Shown here in pieces: positions 52,784-64,000 of a stretch of 64,000 bases of DNA; position 1 is the stretch's first letter; every line of letters begins with the position of its first letter. Origin of the DNA: Sphagnum compactum (lineage: Eukaryota); NCBI GenBank assembly GCA_965153455.1, contig OZ234493.1:29812213-29876212 (forward strand), read 5' to 3'. A program made the translations under genes and the position numbers. Under the pieces are notes generated by a model. The model made no database searches and was not told the origin of the DNA. It was given only the letters and a program-made list of their open reading frames with translations.

Positions 52784-55700
52784 CTACTGGAATGGAAGAA
52801 CCCAGTCCTTCAAGGGAAGAAGGTTACAATATACAGAAAGATTTTTTATGGATCCTGAATGTCTCACGGGACTGATGAAAGACACGCACTTTGCGTTGAA
52901 GTTCCCATAGAATACCCACCATTGCTGAGCACCCATTGTTCTCCAGGACATATAGCCACAGACAGTGTACTGCACAGCCCTGAGCTGCTATCATTCTCTC
53001 AATGTCATAGTCTGTAATGTAGCACAAGGAGAGAGTTGATAAGACCCCACAAAACAGGAGGTTGGTTAACTGCTACTTTCTAGCTTTGTAATCAGCAAAC
53101 AAACTTATGCAAAGTAAAGTAACATGATTGCAATCATAGCTCAAGCTTCAAACTCTCTCTGAAAGCTCAAAGAGTTTCTGGGATGAAACAGAACACAAAC
53201 CAACAAGACAGACAGAAGAGAGCCACTCTAAAAGGAAAAAACAGTCTCCTGTCCATCTACTTCACACAACAACAGCTTTTTGGAAGAAAGTGTACAAATT
53301 ATGATAATAAAATGTGGGCTTACCAGGAATAGAGTGCAAGTAGTGCAAAAGATCTTCATCAATACATGAACTAGGCCACTTGATAGAAAAAGTCACTGTA
53401 GTCAAGAACATTCTGGAAAGGAAGGTTTATCTCATCTGACAGTATCACTGGCACACACTCCTAATCACCCACCCACCATGCTCTCACCCTGTCAACACCA
53501 ACTTTCCATTTCACCATGATAGCTCTCTGGTGTATATCTCTTTATGGGAATTTCCATATGACTACCATGTTTTGACCCCCTGGTTCGTTAACAGCCTCTT
53601 AGTCACACTGCCTTCAGCTGGTACCTACATATAAATGGATACGCTCCATGTTTTGTGATCAGATACTTCTGCACCTCATATTGCATGTCCAGCTTGATGG
53701 TGGAGAGTTTATCCTGAAATGGAAACACAATACTCACCACAAAAAAAGTCTCATCGAAGCAAATAGTCCAGGAGGATTCCCCCCTGGGAGCTAAGCAGAA
53801 CTTAGCATTTCACATGCAGGTCCAGTACTCTTTATGATCAAGTTTTGCAGGCCCTTGAAACCCCAACACTGGTGCATCCAACTGCACAATCAAAATGTTA
53901 GAAACATTCTCTCACCTTTTTATTCAGCTCTATTTGCTTTCACCTATCGGAGCAATGAACCCCTGACTCAAGGTAGCAATAAAATGGTCCCATGTACCTA
54001 ACCTATTTCACTCTGCAACATTGATCAGAAACCAGGAACATGCCACCATCATACAGGGTCCAACTGTAAGAAACTTGAGATCCAAACAACAGAAAATGAC
54101 ACTTTGGAAACCATTCAATCCTCGCCTTTAAATTGAATTTGACAAACCTAGCATTGTCAGCAAGATTATCTTCGAACTAGTTACATGTCAAATGACTGCA
54201 AGACTGCACAGACTCAGGTCTTGTGCAGTTCTGAGTCTTACTAAGAAGTGGAGGGATGATTCACCATTGCATCATAAAATGAGGAACATACCTCTTGAGG
54301 GAACTGCTTTCCAAGTTTGATGAGTTGCAGCCAGCCTTGCTTGCCCTGTGCACGCCCAAGGAAGTTGGCCAGAAACTTGCGCTTTGCCAAAGGATGGGGC
54401 TGAATCACTGAGCTTTCCCTGGATACTGCAAAGGGTATGATGCTAGCAACTTGCCTGGGATGATGACATCCTTCAATGTGTTGAATGAGATTGTACTTTG
54501 TTTGTCTATTCTGTCTCCCTGCACCACAATAGTGAGAAAGATTTTTTGTCTCTGTCAAAGAAGGTCTTTGTTTTATTTCAATTCTTCTTAAAATATCAGT
54601 CTGTATTTGCTGATTTCAGCTGATTGACTGTGCTCTAGAATCAGGAGACAGATGGGAAATTAACTCAGGAGTGAAGAATATGGAGCGGTTCAGGAACATA
54701 GCCAAACCTTTGACCTGGTTTTCCAGTCTCTCAAGGGGCATACTAGAACAGCTTTACTAGGTGACTCACACCTAATATCTACTCGATAATCTTCAAGCTG
54801 GGTGGATTATCTTAGCCAGCAATTCTTAGTGAAACTACTGCTTAATCATTGGTCAATGCTCAAATCAATGATAGACAATGGTTAATAACTGATGAAGAGT
54901 AACATCCACATAAAAGAAACTCTGAGAACCTAATACTTCCATTTGCTTCACCACCTGCTGGCAACATCCCTTGAACATCAAACATGCATGGTTGTAAAAA
55001 GATTTTCATCATGACTGCGATCCCAAGAATAGATCTCCCATCTTGAAATGAAGGCCAAGAGAACAAAAAGCAGGATGTCTAGAAGGAGTATTAACAGAGA
55101 CAATATGTGCTGAAAGGTGCTTACAAAGATAAGCTGGATCCCTTAACCTCACCTTGGAGTAGATATCACTGACTTCTGTACCAGTCAGACCTCCCATCAT
55201 GTGCACACACTTCACATAAGCAGGGACAAAGAAAAAGTCGGACTTTTCCTTCTCAAAAGTGCGAAAGCTTGACTCCAGAAGAAGCTTGTATATCTTAACC
55301 TGCAACTATTGTCTGTTGCAGTTAACACAAATTTGTATTCTGTTGGCTGGGTCAACTTTCTTATGCCCTGGATCAGATTCTTCCTGTGGGTAGTGCACTA
55401 ACTAAAAAATTTGAAACAGTACCCCTAGAATTAAGGTTGCAATTAATTGCTAACTGGCAGAGATCAGAAGCCACCAAAGAGACAAATCTGGTTTTAGACC
55501 AAAAACAGACCTGTGTGCCCCACTGGCCCTTTGCACAGGAAGTAAAATTGATGGAATTGTCTCAACCTCCAAGAAGCTCCTACAATCCCTCAATTTCATC
55601 CAGCTTGTAGACATAAATGCGAAGTGAGAGATGACTACCATATCCTTGTTCAGGCCACCCAGGAGTGTAGTGCTCATAGACACCTGCCAAGCTCCTGCAA

Positions 55701-55810
55701 GTCTTGTACAACCCACTTCTTGGCAGCAATGGAACACCATATCCGACAGGGTAATTGCAAGTGGCAGGAATCCCCACCAGAAAATGTGTACCTGCAGCAT
55801 ATCCCACACC
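52784..55810 (-). pseudogene. Unprocessed pseudogene of a GT47/exostosin-family glycosyltransferase (recalled as similar to Arabidopsis At1g21480)
   Basis: Exon motifs: LRIYVY..KGQWGTQ, VKIYKLLLES..FFFVPAYVKC, FLNRSIFFTPE, KRKFLANFLGRAQGK, AKFCLAPRGESSWT, ECVPVILSD..LPFQNVLDY, ILWELQRKVR. In-frame stops TAG 55580-55582, TGA ~55562-55564 and TGA 53810-53812. Frameshift in the A-run at ~53387-53391. The GRDHIF exon is missing. Confidence 0.85.
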
Positions 55811-58800
55811 CCTTAAAACTCCTGATCATCTTTTGTCATTCAAGTTGGCAAGTGACAAGTTGTGTAATAACGAGATACAGTGACACCTCAATAACAGCAT
55901 AATGGCCTTCTCCATGAGTCTATCTCCGGCATCCCATTGACAGCAGTTTTCACCAAGTTGAACATGCTTGCCCTCAAAAATTGGGCACAGAACTTTCTTT
56001 CCATTTTGGGTTCACCTTTCTGGATTGTTGTTCTGACTTGCCATCTGCTTGGACTTGTGGGTCTATTTGACAACCCAATGTTGATCAAGCTCTATCATCC
56101 ATCACTGCTGCTAACTCATCTGCAATCAAATTGGCTCTGCTCAGTTGGTCTTGCTGAGATGTGTGAATGAAAAACAGAACAGATGGCAGCAGGAATGACC
56201 ATCATCTGATTTTCTCACATCTTGTTCCCTACTTGTCTCATTGCTATATTATTAATGCCTTGCAACGGTAACAGTCACTTCACTCAGTAAACACAATCTA
56301 TGGGCCAATCACTCATTGATTGTACCTGAATTAAGGAGACCTGTAAAACAAATCTGCCACACCACTACTTCACCTGCCTGTAGGGCTTACAATAACGCTG
56401 GATCATCTTAACAACATCCATTACATACCATGTACACAACATTCAAAACTACCAAGGTGCATCACAACTTGACTTTCATGATTAATACTCGTAACCAGAA
56501 AACCACAATTCAGAGTAAGTATGTCCCACCCAACCAACCAGTCCAGAACTGATCACATGTAGAGTGCCTAATGCACAAGGTGCATCACTGGTTACCAAGA
56601 CCATATTTTGCTGATCACATTTGGTCAAGCCCCTGCCCATTACACGCCGTTATGTCAACATTTTGGTCACTATTATGAGTGTATGATCAATGGATCATCA
56701 CCGGAAGATTATGTCACATAATGTAGGCACAGAAACAACATAATCAGCCACCGCACACCATAATGTACTCCCAGAAAGCCATTGGATGAGCCCCTTAGGT
56801 ACTACAGAATGTGCCCGTGAGGATGCAATCTGCACCCTAGTAAAGCTTTAAGGTGAACCCTTTATGACAGAGCCATAAAGGTGCTCGCTCTAGGGGCAGA
56901 ATTCACACTAAGGGCTGCCATTTAGGGGCATCTTATACTGTAAAAGAGTGCTTCAGTTTTTTCAAATACTAGCACTATTTAATTTAGTATATATAATTAT
57001 GTTTTAACTTTAAATCGATGTGAATCAGATTTTGAGTTATTTCATGTATTGAATATACTGTAACCTAAAAACAATGTTTCTGTGGATGAAGGCTACAAAC
57101 CCTAATTCAACTTGGTGGCTGAACTTCTGGCGACGCGATGATTCAATAGCGTCGAAAAATTTGTTTCTGATGTGCTTCTATTTTTTGTGTGTTTTGTTGC
57201 TTTGCAAGTTATGACGAAGGGAGCTTGGTGAGTTAGTTTCTGTGATGGAGCGCAATCCCAGCTACTCAATGAAAACTCTTCATGAACTTTGTGAATCACG
57301 GTTTTGCGAAGAGATTGACAGGAAGATTTCTGGGGAGCGAAGGGATGAGGTTATGAGGAGTATATTTGATGCAAGCTGAGGAAGAAAGAACAAGTTTTTT
57401 GGTGATGAAGAAAAGGTAAGTGGCTAGACTTTCTAAAGACTAAAAAGTGTGTGTAGAATTTGGATTTTGGGAGTGATAATTAGTTAAGAATAAAACTTCA
57501 TTAGGACTGCTAGATCGGAAGAACCTTGACGATTGAATTTCCGTTGCGCCAAGAGTCAGGAAAAGGTCTAGAGGTCTATTATGTTTTTCTGTAGGGACCA
57601 ACACAAGGGAGAGGATAATTGTGTCAAGGAATTCTGGAATGGTTGTGTGGCAGCTCATGTGTGATAACTTTGGGGATCTTGAAATGACGAGTGCGCAATC
57701 TGTTCCATCCTAAGGAGAGAGTACCTACTACATTTGTGGGAGCTTCGGGGCTTTTGGGAAGGGGATACTGGAGAATAGAATATATTGCCTTGACTGATCC
57801 TACCCTGAATCTTTGTCCAGTCTTTGAGAGGAATCATGTGAAGTTGTGGAGTTGGTCTCTGTGGGGTTTTTGTTGTTGGGTATGAGCTGTCATTCCTATG
57901 AAACAACCTGTTGATTCCTAAAGAGAAATTCAAGAGTGAAACTGATCCTTTGTGGTCCATAGAAATAAGATGACAAAATGTAAATGTCTACAAGGGTTTT
58001 GATGAAGAAGTGATACTTGAAGCAGATTTATTCATCTCTTTAAAACCTCAACAATACGCACCAATCTCTGTATGCTCAGCAGTTGGAATTTACACAATGA
58101 AGAAAATATTTCCCCTTTCTTTTTGGTGGCAATATTCTCAAGTTATGTGGTCTCAAATCACTTTTGGCGACTTGAGGTTTCATAACAAACAAGTTTTTTG
58201 TTGTTGGTTTTTATGTTTTTATATAAGTTTTGTTTGTGCATATTGTTGTGTGGACTTTGTTTGTCTGTTTTGGGGTTGGATTCTTGTTATTTGCAAGTGA
58301 ATTGTGTTTTGAATTATCAAAAATCTGATCTAGTTACATTGTGCTACAACTAAATTTAGTTTGTTCAAGCATTAGTTTTGGTTTAGGTTGTGTGTTTTGC
58401 ATGAGATTTTGTATGACAAATGTTGTGAAGGTTTCATTTTGCTTTAGTGTGTTTATAGTTTTTAAGTTCATTTTTATGCAAACACTCCAAAAGCTTGCAA
58501 GTGGGTAAAAGTTATAATTGGGGAGGCTTTCTTGTTTGCTTCTTGAGTTGAAAAGGTTTCATAGACAAATTTACTATTTTTTGGATTGTCTTTGGTTCAA
58601 AAACTCCTTTGGGAGCTAAACCTAAATAAGGGTTGGTGACCATATAAAGATTTTTTTTAATTTAAAAAGGTTAATAGGTGCCCATAATTGAACACATTAT
58701 TCACCATGAGTCACATCATTCACACCATGACATGAAGTGATGTGAGGAAAAAAAAACAGTTTTGGGGGGATTTTTTTGGAAAATCATATCTCCCAGACAT

Positions 58801-61800
58801 AATGTTGATTTGGTGTGACTTTTGTGCCATTAGGTTCTTGGAAAGGAGCACTACTTGCATGGGATATTTCAATCCATTTGGAGAAAAAAAAAAAAAAAAA
58901 ACATTGTAGGGTTTTTACAAAATGTGGAAGGTGGTGTGCATCAAATCAAATTTGGTCAGATTTCAACAACTTGGCATTTGTGCTAATAAGTAACCATTAT
59001 TGTAACCCACATGTGGTGGAATGTGTGCACCATTAGTGAACAAGGAAGGCCACATTATTAACTTTTGAATTTTTGTTATAATTTTCAAGTGAAGATTACA
59101 AGAGTGACAATTCATGTTATATGAAAAAAAATCATTATTGTTAGGTTATGCACATGTTCATGTCATTATGTTGGTTGGGCTATCATTTATTTTTAGGAGA
59201 TAGGGGTGTTTGTTGAACTGACTTGTTGTTTGCAACTATAGCCATTTTAGTTGCAAATGTCATTTGCAACTACAAAACAGTCATAGACAACAATTGTAAA
59301 TCTACATTTTTCGTCTAGTGAAATGGTGCCAAGTTTATAGGTTCTTTGGGAATACAACTACCCTGCCTTCAACTTGACTTGTATCTTGAACAAATTTTTG
59401 CCTCCTCATTTTGTATGGCAACTTCTAAAAGTTCACATAGATTCAATCAAGGGGAACCAGGAAAAAATGAAAAGGACAACTAACAAGTTGGTTGAAGGCT
59501 AGAAATTACACACTTTTAGCCATGATGGAAGAACTAAATGTTTTTATGAAACAATTAGCATGTGTAGGAATAGGTGCATCTAATTCAAAGGTGAGAAAGG
59601 AGGATGTGATTGCACAAGCAAATGTTGAAGGGAAGATGAGAATGGCAAGTTTTTTAATTAACCTTTGGAATCTAAGATCATTTTTAATTATTTTGGTGAT
59701 TTGTAAAGTTTCAAGGTGGAAGGATTATAGAATTTGCAATCTTTAATTGTGTAGTGAATGGTGAAAGGCACTCGTAGATTAATGTTCATTGCTTGGTTGA
59801 GTTGAAATTAAGCAATTGGGTGTACCTCAAGGTAGATACTTGGATTCAAAATGCCAATTGATTAATTGCCAAATCAGTGTGTGGACAAAGGACATAGTTC
59901 TCCCTAAATTCATACCACACCAACTATTCACCCCATATGTGATTTTACAATTACCAAGGAGAATAAAAACTTGGTGATTAGGTGCATCTAGTTCATCTTT
60001 TGAAGACCATGTGGGAATCAACAAGGTAAAATAGACCAAAAAAAATAGTTCACCCAAAATCCAATTAAAAAGCGGTTCATAGTTTTTGATATGGATACAA
60101 GAAAGTAGATTAAAAATATTTTGAAATAAAAACATAAAACCATAGGTCACTATATTTAGTTTATAAGAAGTTGAATACAAAGTTTGATCAACTTTGGTAT
60201 TATAAAAGTAGGTTGAAAATATGTCAAAATGGTGTTCAAACCTGTTTCATATTAAAAATTTGAGATATTATTATTATAACATCCATAATTTGATAATGCA
60301 TAAATATCTTTTAGGGCTTTTTTTAAAATCAATATTTCATCTACATGTAACCCATTTTGTAAGATTGGATATTTTATGCAAGTCAAAACATTTTTAAAAA
60401 TTCTATTTAATTGTACTTTCAAGATGGGATTTTTCAACATTTAAAATATAAAATGAAAGATTGTCATCATGTTAATTATTGTACCAAAAAAAAAAAAAAC
60501 TTTCAATACATTAAAACGTTTTCCTAGCTACATGTAATTTGTTTTTACACAGAACAGTGAGCCATCTACTTTACTTTGCTTGCAACCATTTGAACCAAAG
60601 TAAGTGAAAGAAAGCAACACCTTAGGTTATATTGGTTAACACCATCACAAGCAAAAGTGAGTGAACAAAGAAAACCTCCATTGGAAAGCCCTAAGGACTT
60701 ATGCATAGTCATTCATGACCTAGGTGATTAGTATATCAAACTCATGCAATTTTTGTTCCATGTAATATTGTTCTTGTATTTTGATAATGATAATGTAATA
60801 TAATTGACTTGTAGGTTAAAAATTGATGGAGGTGGTTACAATTTTGCATATCAAAGGTGTTAAAAGAGGTGGTAAGCGAAAATGCAAGAATGCCAACTTT
60901 GAATGAAAGGTCATTGGCCATTTTGGGGTCTATAGTGAACAAATTTTTTAAGATTGTCTACAAAGGAGGTTTTTTCTTTGTAACATAAGCAACACACCCA
61001 AAGGTAGGCTATATTCCATTTGGTTTGATTCAAACACAATGCCATTTTGTTCATGAAACTCATTTGGACATGATGTTGTTTTACTAACTTAGTATTGTAA
61101 CTTCATTAAGGTGAATATGGATTTTGGTTTGATGTCCATGACTTTTGTTGGAGCTTTTACATTTCTAATAATCAATTAACCATATTCCACTTGCTGAATT
61201 GACTAAAATTTCATCACAAAAGACATCACGAAAAACAAGTTTTATACTAGTCATAATAATTTTTCTCTTAGTAGATAATAATTTAAAATTAAAAAATTAA
61301 AGCTTGAAAAAAATGTGATACAAAATACACATCAAGACATAGTTGTGTGCACCAAATTAATGACAAAAAACATCAAACTAATGCCGATTTTAAAAGTGCA
61401 TTCAAGCTTGAACTCGTGCTAGTAAAATTTTAACTTTAAAATAAAGCAAAGAAACTTTATCCCAAATGAATCTTGCTTGAAGATGTGCTTAAGGTACATT
61501 CACATTTAGAGGTACTAATATAATTAAATAAAAAACTATGATAACATAGTTCACATATGGTGTTGCTCGCAAGTAGATATGTGACATGTCTTACTTATAT
61601 GGCATGCTAACATAAGGATTAATATTATGTGATAAAAAAATGTTAAGAGAGAAAACTGATCATAAAATCACACCAAAATTTTAGATTCATGCTCTTTCGA
61701 TTTATTATCAATAAGGCTAGACTAACAATTTCAAAACTAGAATAGTAACCGAGCATTTCCATCATTCCATTGTGAAGCTTAGTTGTTCCATCGTAAAAAA

Positions 61801-63969
61801 AAGTTTTGTGTCGTTCCATTGTGAAGAAACCTTGTGTCACTCCATCACAATTAAGCTACATGATGACGACTTCAAATTATGGCACAAGTTCATAGTTCAT
61901 TTTGTAAGTAAGAGGGTGTAAGAACACTTGCGTAAGAATATGCGTGCACATTGATGTACACAAGTTAATGAACATTGCACAAGAACACACACACACACGT
62001 TGATGAAGTTTGAGTATGAAAATGTCAATGAAGGCATTGTAGTAATAAACAAAAGAAAAAAACACTATTAGATGTAAATGAGATAGTTCTTCCCATCCTT
62101 CATTTTAATGATGAGATCCAAAGTCAGTTTCCACATTGACAAAATCAATATTTTATGTTTTCCAAAAAATGAAATTCTTTTTTGAATTTTGAAAAAAAAT
62201 TATTTTTTCCATAATTTACTAATATTGTGATATTAAATAAATAAATAAATATTTTTATTAAATTAAATTAATAAAATTTAGAGTAAATTTTTTATAACAA
62301 AAAAACCTCTTAAATTTATTTTTTTAAGAGTAACTGCCTCAGTGAGCTATATTTAAATGTGGCATGCTTTTTGCATGTGGCCCCATGCAACAAACCTGCA
62401 AATTGCTAGCAGCTTTTTTAACAAAGAATTTGGAGCTTTTTTTATACATCATGCTTCTTCTTTTTTGATTTTACAGAGGAATAATGCAGAAACAGGGTTC
62501 TGGCATTTTTATTTAATTTAATTTAATTCAATTAATTAAATTTTCCCACTTAATCCTCCAAATGTAAAAATCCTGCTGGGATTTCTGTAGTGTATCTGGA
62601 GGGCACATTACTCAGCATATTTGTTCCTCCAATTTGGAGGGATATTTTGAAAAATGGTACACTCACTGAAAAAAAAGAGAAAAATTAATAAATAAAACAC
62701 CCGGTCTTCTATACCATAGCCTAAGGTCAGTTTTTATATATATATATATATATATATTTCAAATAATAAAATTTTAAAAAAATTTGGAAATTATATATTT
62801 TATCTATCATCTATTATAATATTGTGATGTGAGTAGTGAAATTATTCAAGAGTGTAGCCTATGATAATTATGATGATTTTCAACATGTTAATTTCATATT
62901 TTCATAAAATTTCATTTCTCAATTTTGAAGATTCCATAATGAAAAAAAATTTATATATATATATTTTCAAAACATTTCAAGGCATTCTCTAATTTTTTCC
63001 TTCACAAAAAAATTGGTGTCCTTTCTTTTGAAAAAAACAATTATGATTTGAAATTTTCAACATGTCTACAAAATAATATAATTATTAGTAGTAGTGACAA
63101 AAAGCTGCCAAGGTAACCAAGGACAGTATAATACCTATCATTTTTATTAATAAATTAAAAAAAATAAAAATAAACAAGGGGGTGTGTCACACTGTGTGGC
63201 CTTGCTATTTACATTTTTAAAAAAGTATCTTAAGGCAAAAGAAAAAATTAAGGAAATTCAAATATTTCACCATTTGCCAAAATAAAATCCTCTAAAAAAG
63301 AAACCAAAATCCTCATATAAAAATAGACCTATTATTATTGTTATTATTACCGAGGGGGCCAAAATCCTTTCAAGCTTCTATACTCTATAATGAATCTAAA
63401 TACAATATCCTTAAGGGGCCTTGGTAGGCAAGGCCAATAAATAAATAAATAAATAAATAAATAATATTGTTATTTTTATTGCTTCTCAAAAATAAATAAA
63501 AACTTAGTACATTATGTAACTATTTAACCATGGAAAATGTGAGAATATATTATTTGTGTCACCCATAATAATTATTTGTACTTGGTTGTAAGTCATGCCC
63601 CACTCTCCACCTCTCCTTTTTCAAAAGCTTAAAAGTGTAGCAGAAAATGCATAGGTAAGGTACTTAGTATAGGTAGGTAAATGAAAAATAAATTAAAAAA
63701 ATTTAGCATCCTCCTACATTTTTGGCTAATCTGGCGATCTCAAATTTTAAAAATATATATAGAATTTTGGCAACTGAAAACTCAACACCCCCCAAAAAAA
63801 CACTATTTTTTACCATTTTGAATTTGTTTCGCCAAAAAAGAAAAAAACACAATTTGTCGGCGACGCAAAAACCACGAGAACCAGCCCTTGCCTTCGGTTG
63901 TGGGAACCAGTCCGGTTCCAGTCCCTTGCAATCGGAACCAGTCCCTTTGTTATTGCGCGCTCTTGTTTC

Positions 63970-64000
63970 ATCTTCTTCTTCTTCTTCTTCTTCGTCGTCT
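63970..64000 (+). repeat. (CTT)n microsatellite in a GC-richer stretch, possibly the promoter or 5' UTR of a gene beyond the window
   Basis: TCTTCTTCTTCTTCTTCTTCTTC at the window end. GGAACCAGTCC is duplicated at ~63903 and ~63935. Confidence 0.4.

Noticed and set aside
57300..57980. Exon-like segments with a GTAAGT donor (57416) and a TTTCTGTAG acceptor (~57594)
   Set aside because: The frames I translated contain stops and no recognisable motif, so no product can be assigned.
59330..62100. Possible degenerate transposase remnant
   Set aside because: No diagnostic motif or termini could be identified by eye.

Overview
AT-rich, intron-rich land-plant genomic DNA, probably a bryophyte such as Sphagnum (inferred from repeat style and gene structure, not from a database match). 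Host genes: a single-exon DUF688-like ORF with a young 114-bp internal triplication (+), a 14-exon plastid histidinol dehydrogenase (-), a 10-exon serine carboxypeptidase-like gene (+), and a disrupted GT47/exostosin pseudogene (-). The rest is mostly transposon-derived: the 3' end of an L1-type LINE, a young 5'-truncated RTEX-like LINE with a (TAAC)n tail, an old AT-drifted CRE-like element, a young and very GC-rich CRE-like RT+RLE element, nested non-autonomous TIR (Mutator-like) elements directly upstream of the histidinol dehydrogenase gene, and a pogo/Fot1 transposase relic. The most interesting observations are an inverted target-site footprint suggesting a reversed-ends transposition inversion of the HDH promoter region, the compositionally foreign CRE-like element, and a tandem array of hairpin units whose loops occur in both orientations. 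All calls were made by eye from the sequence; no searches were run.
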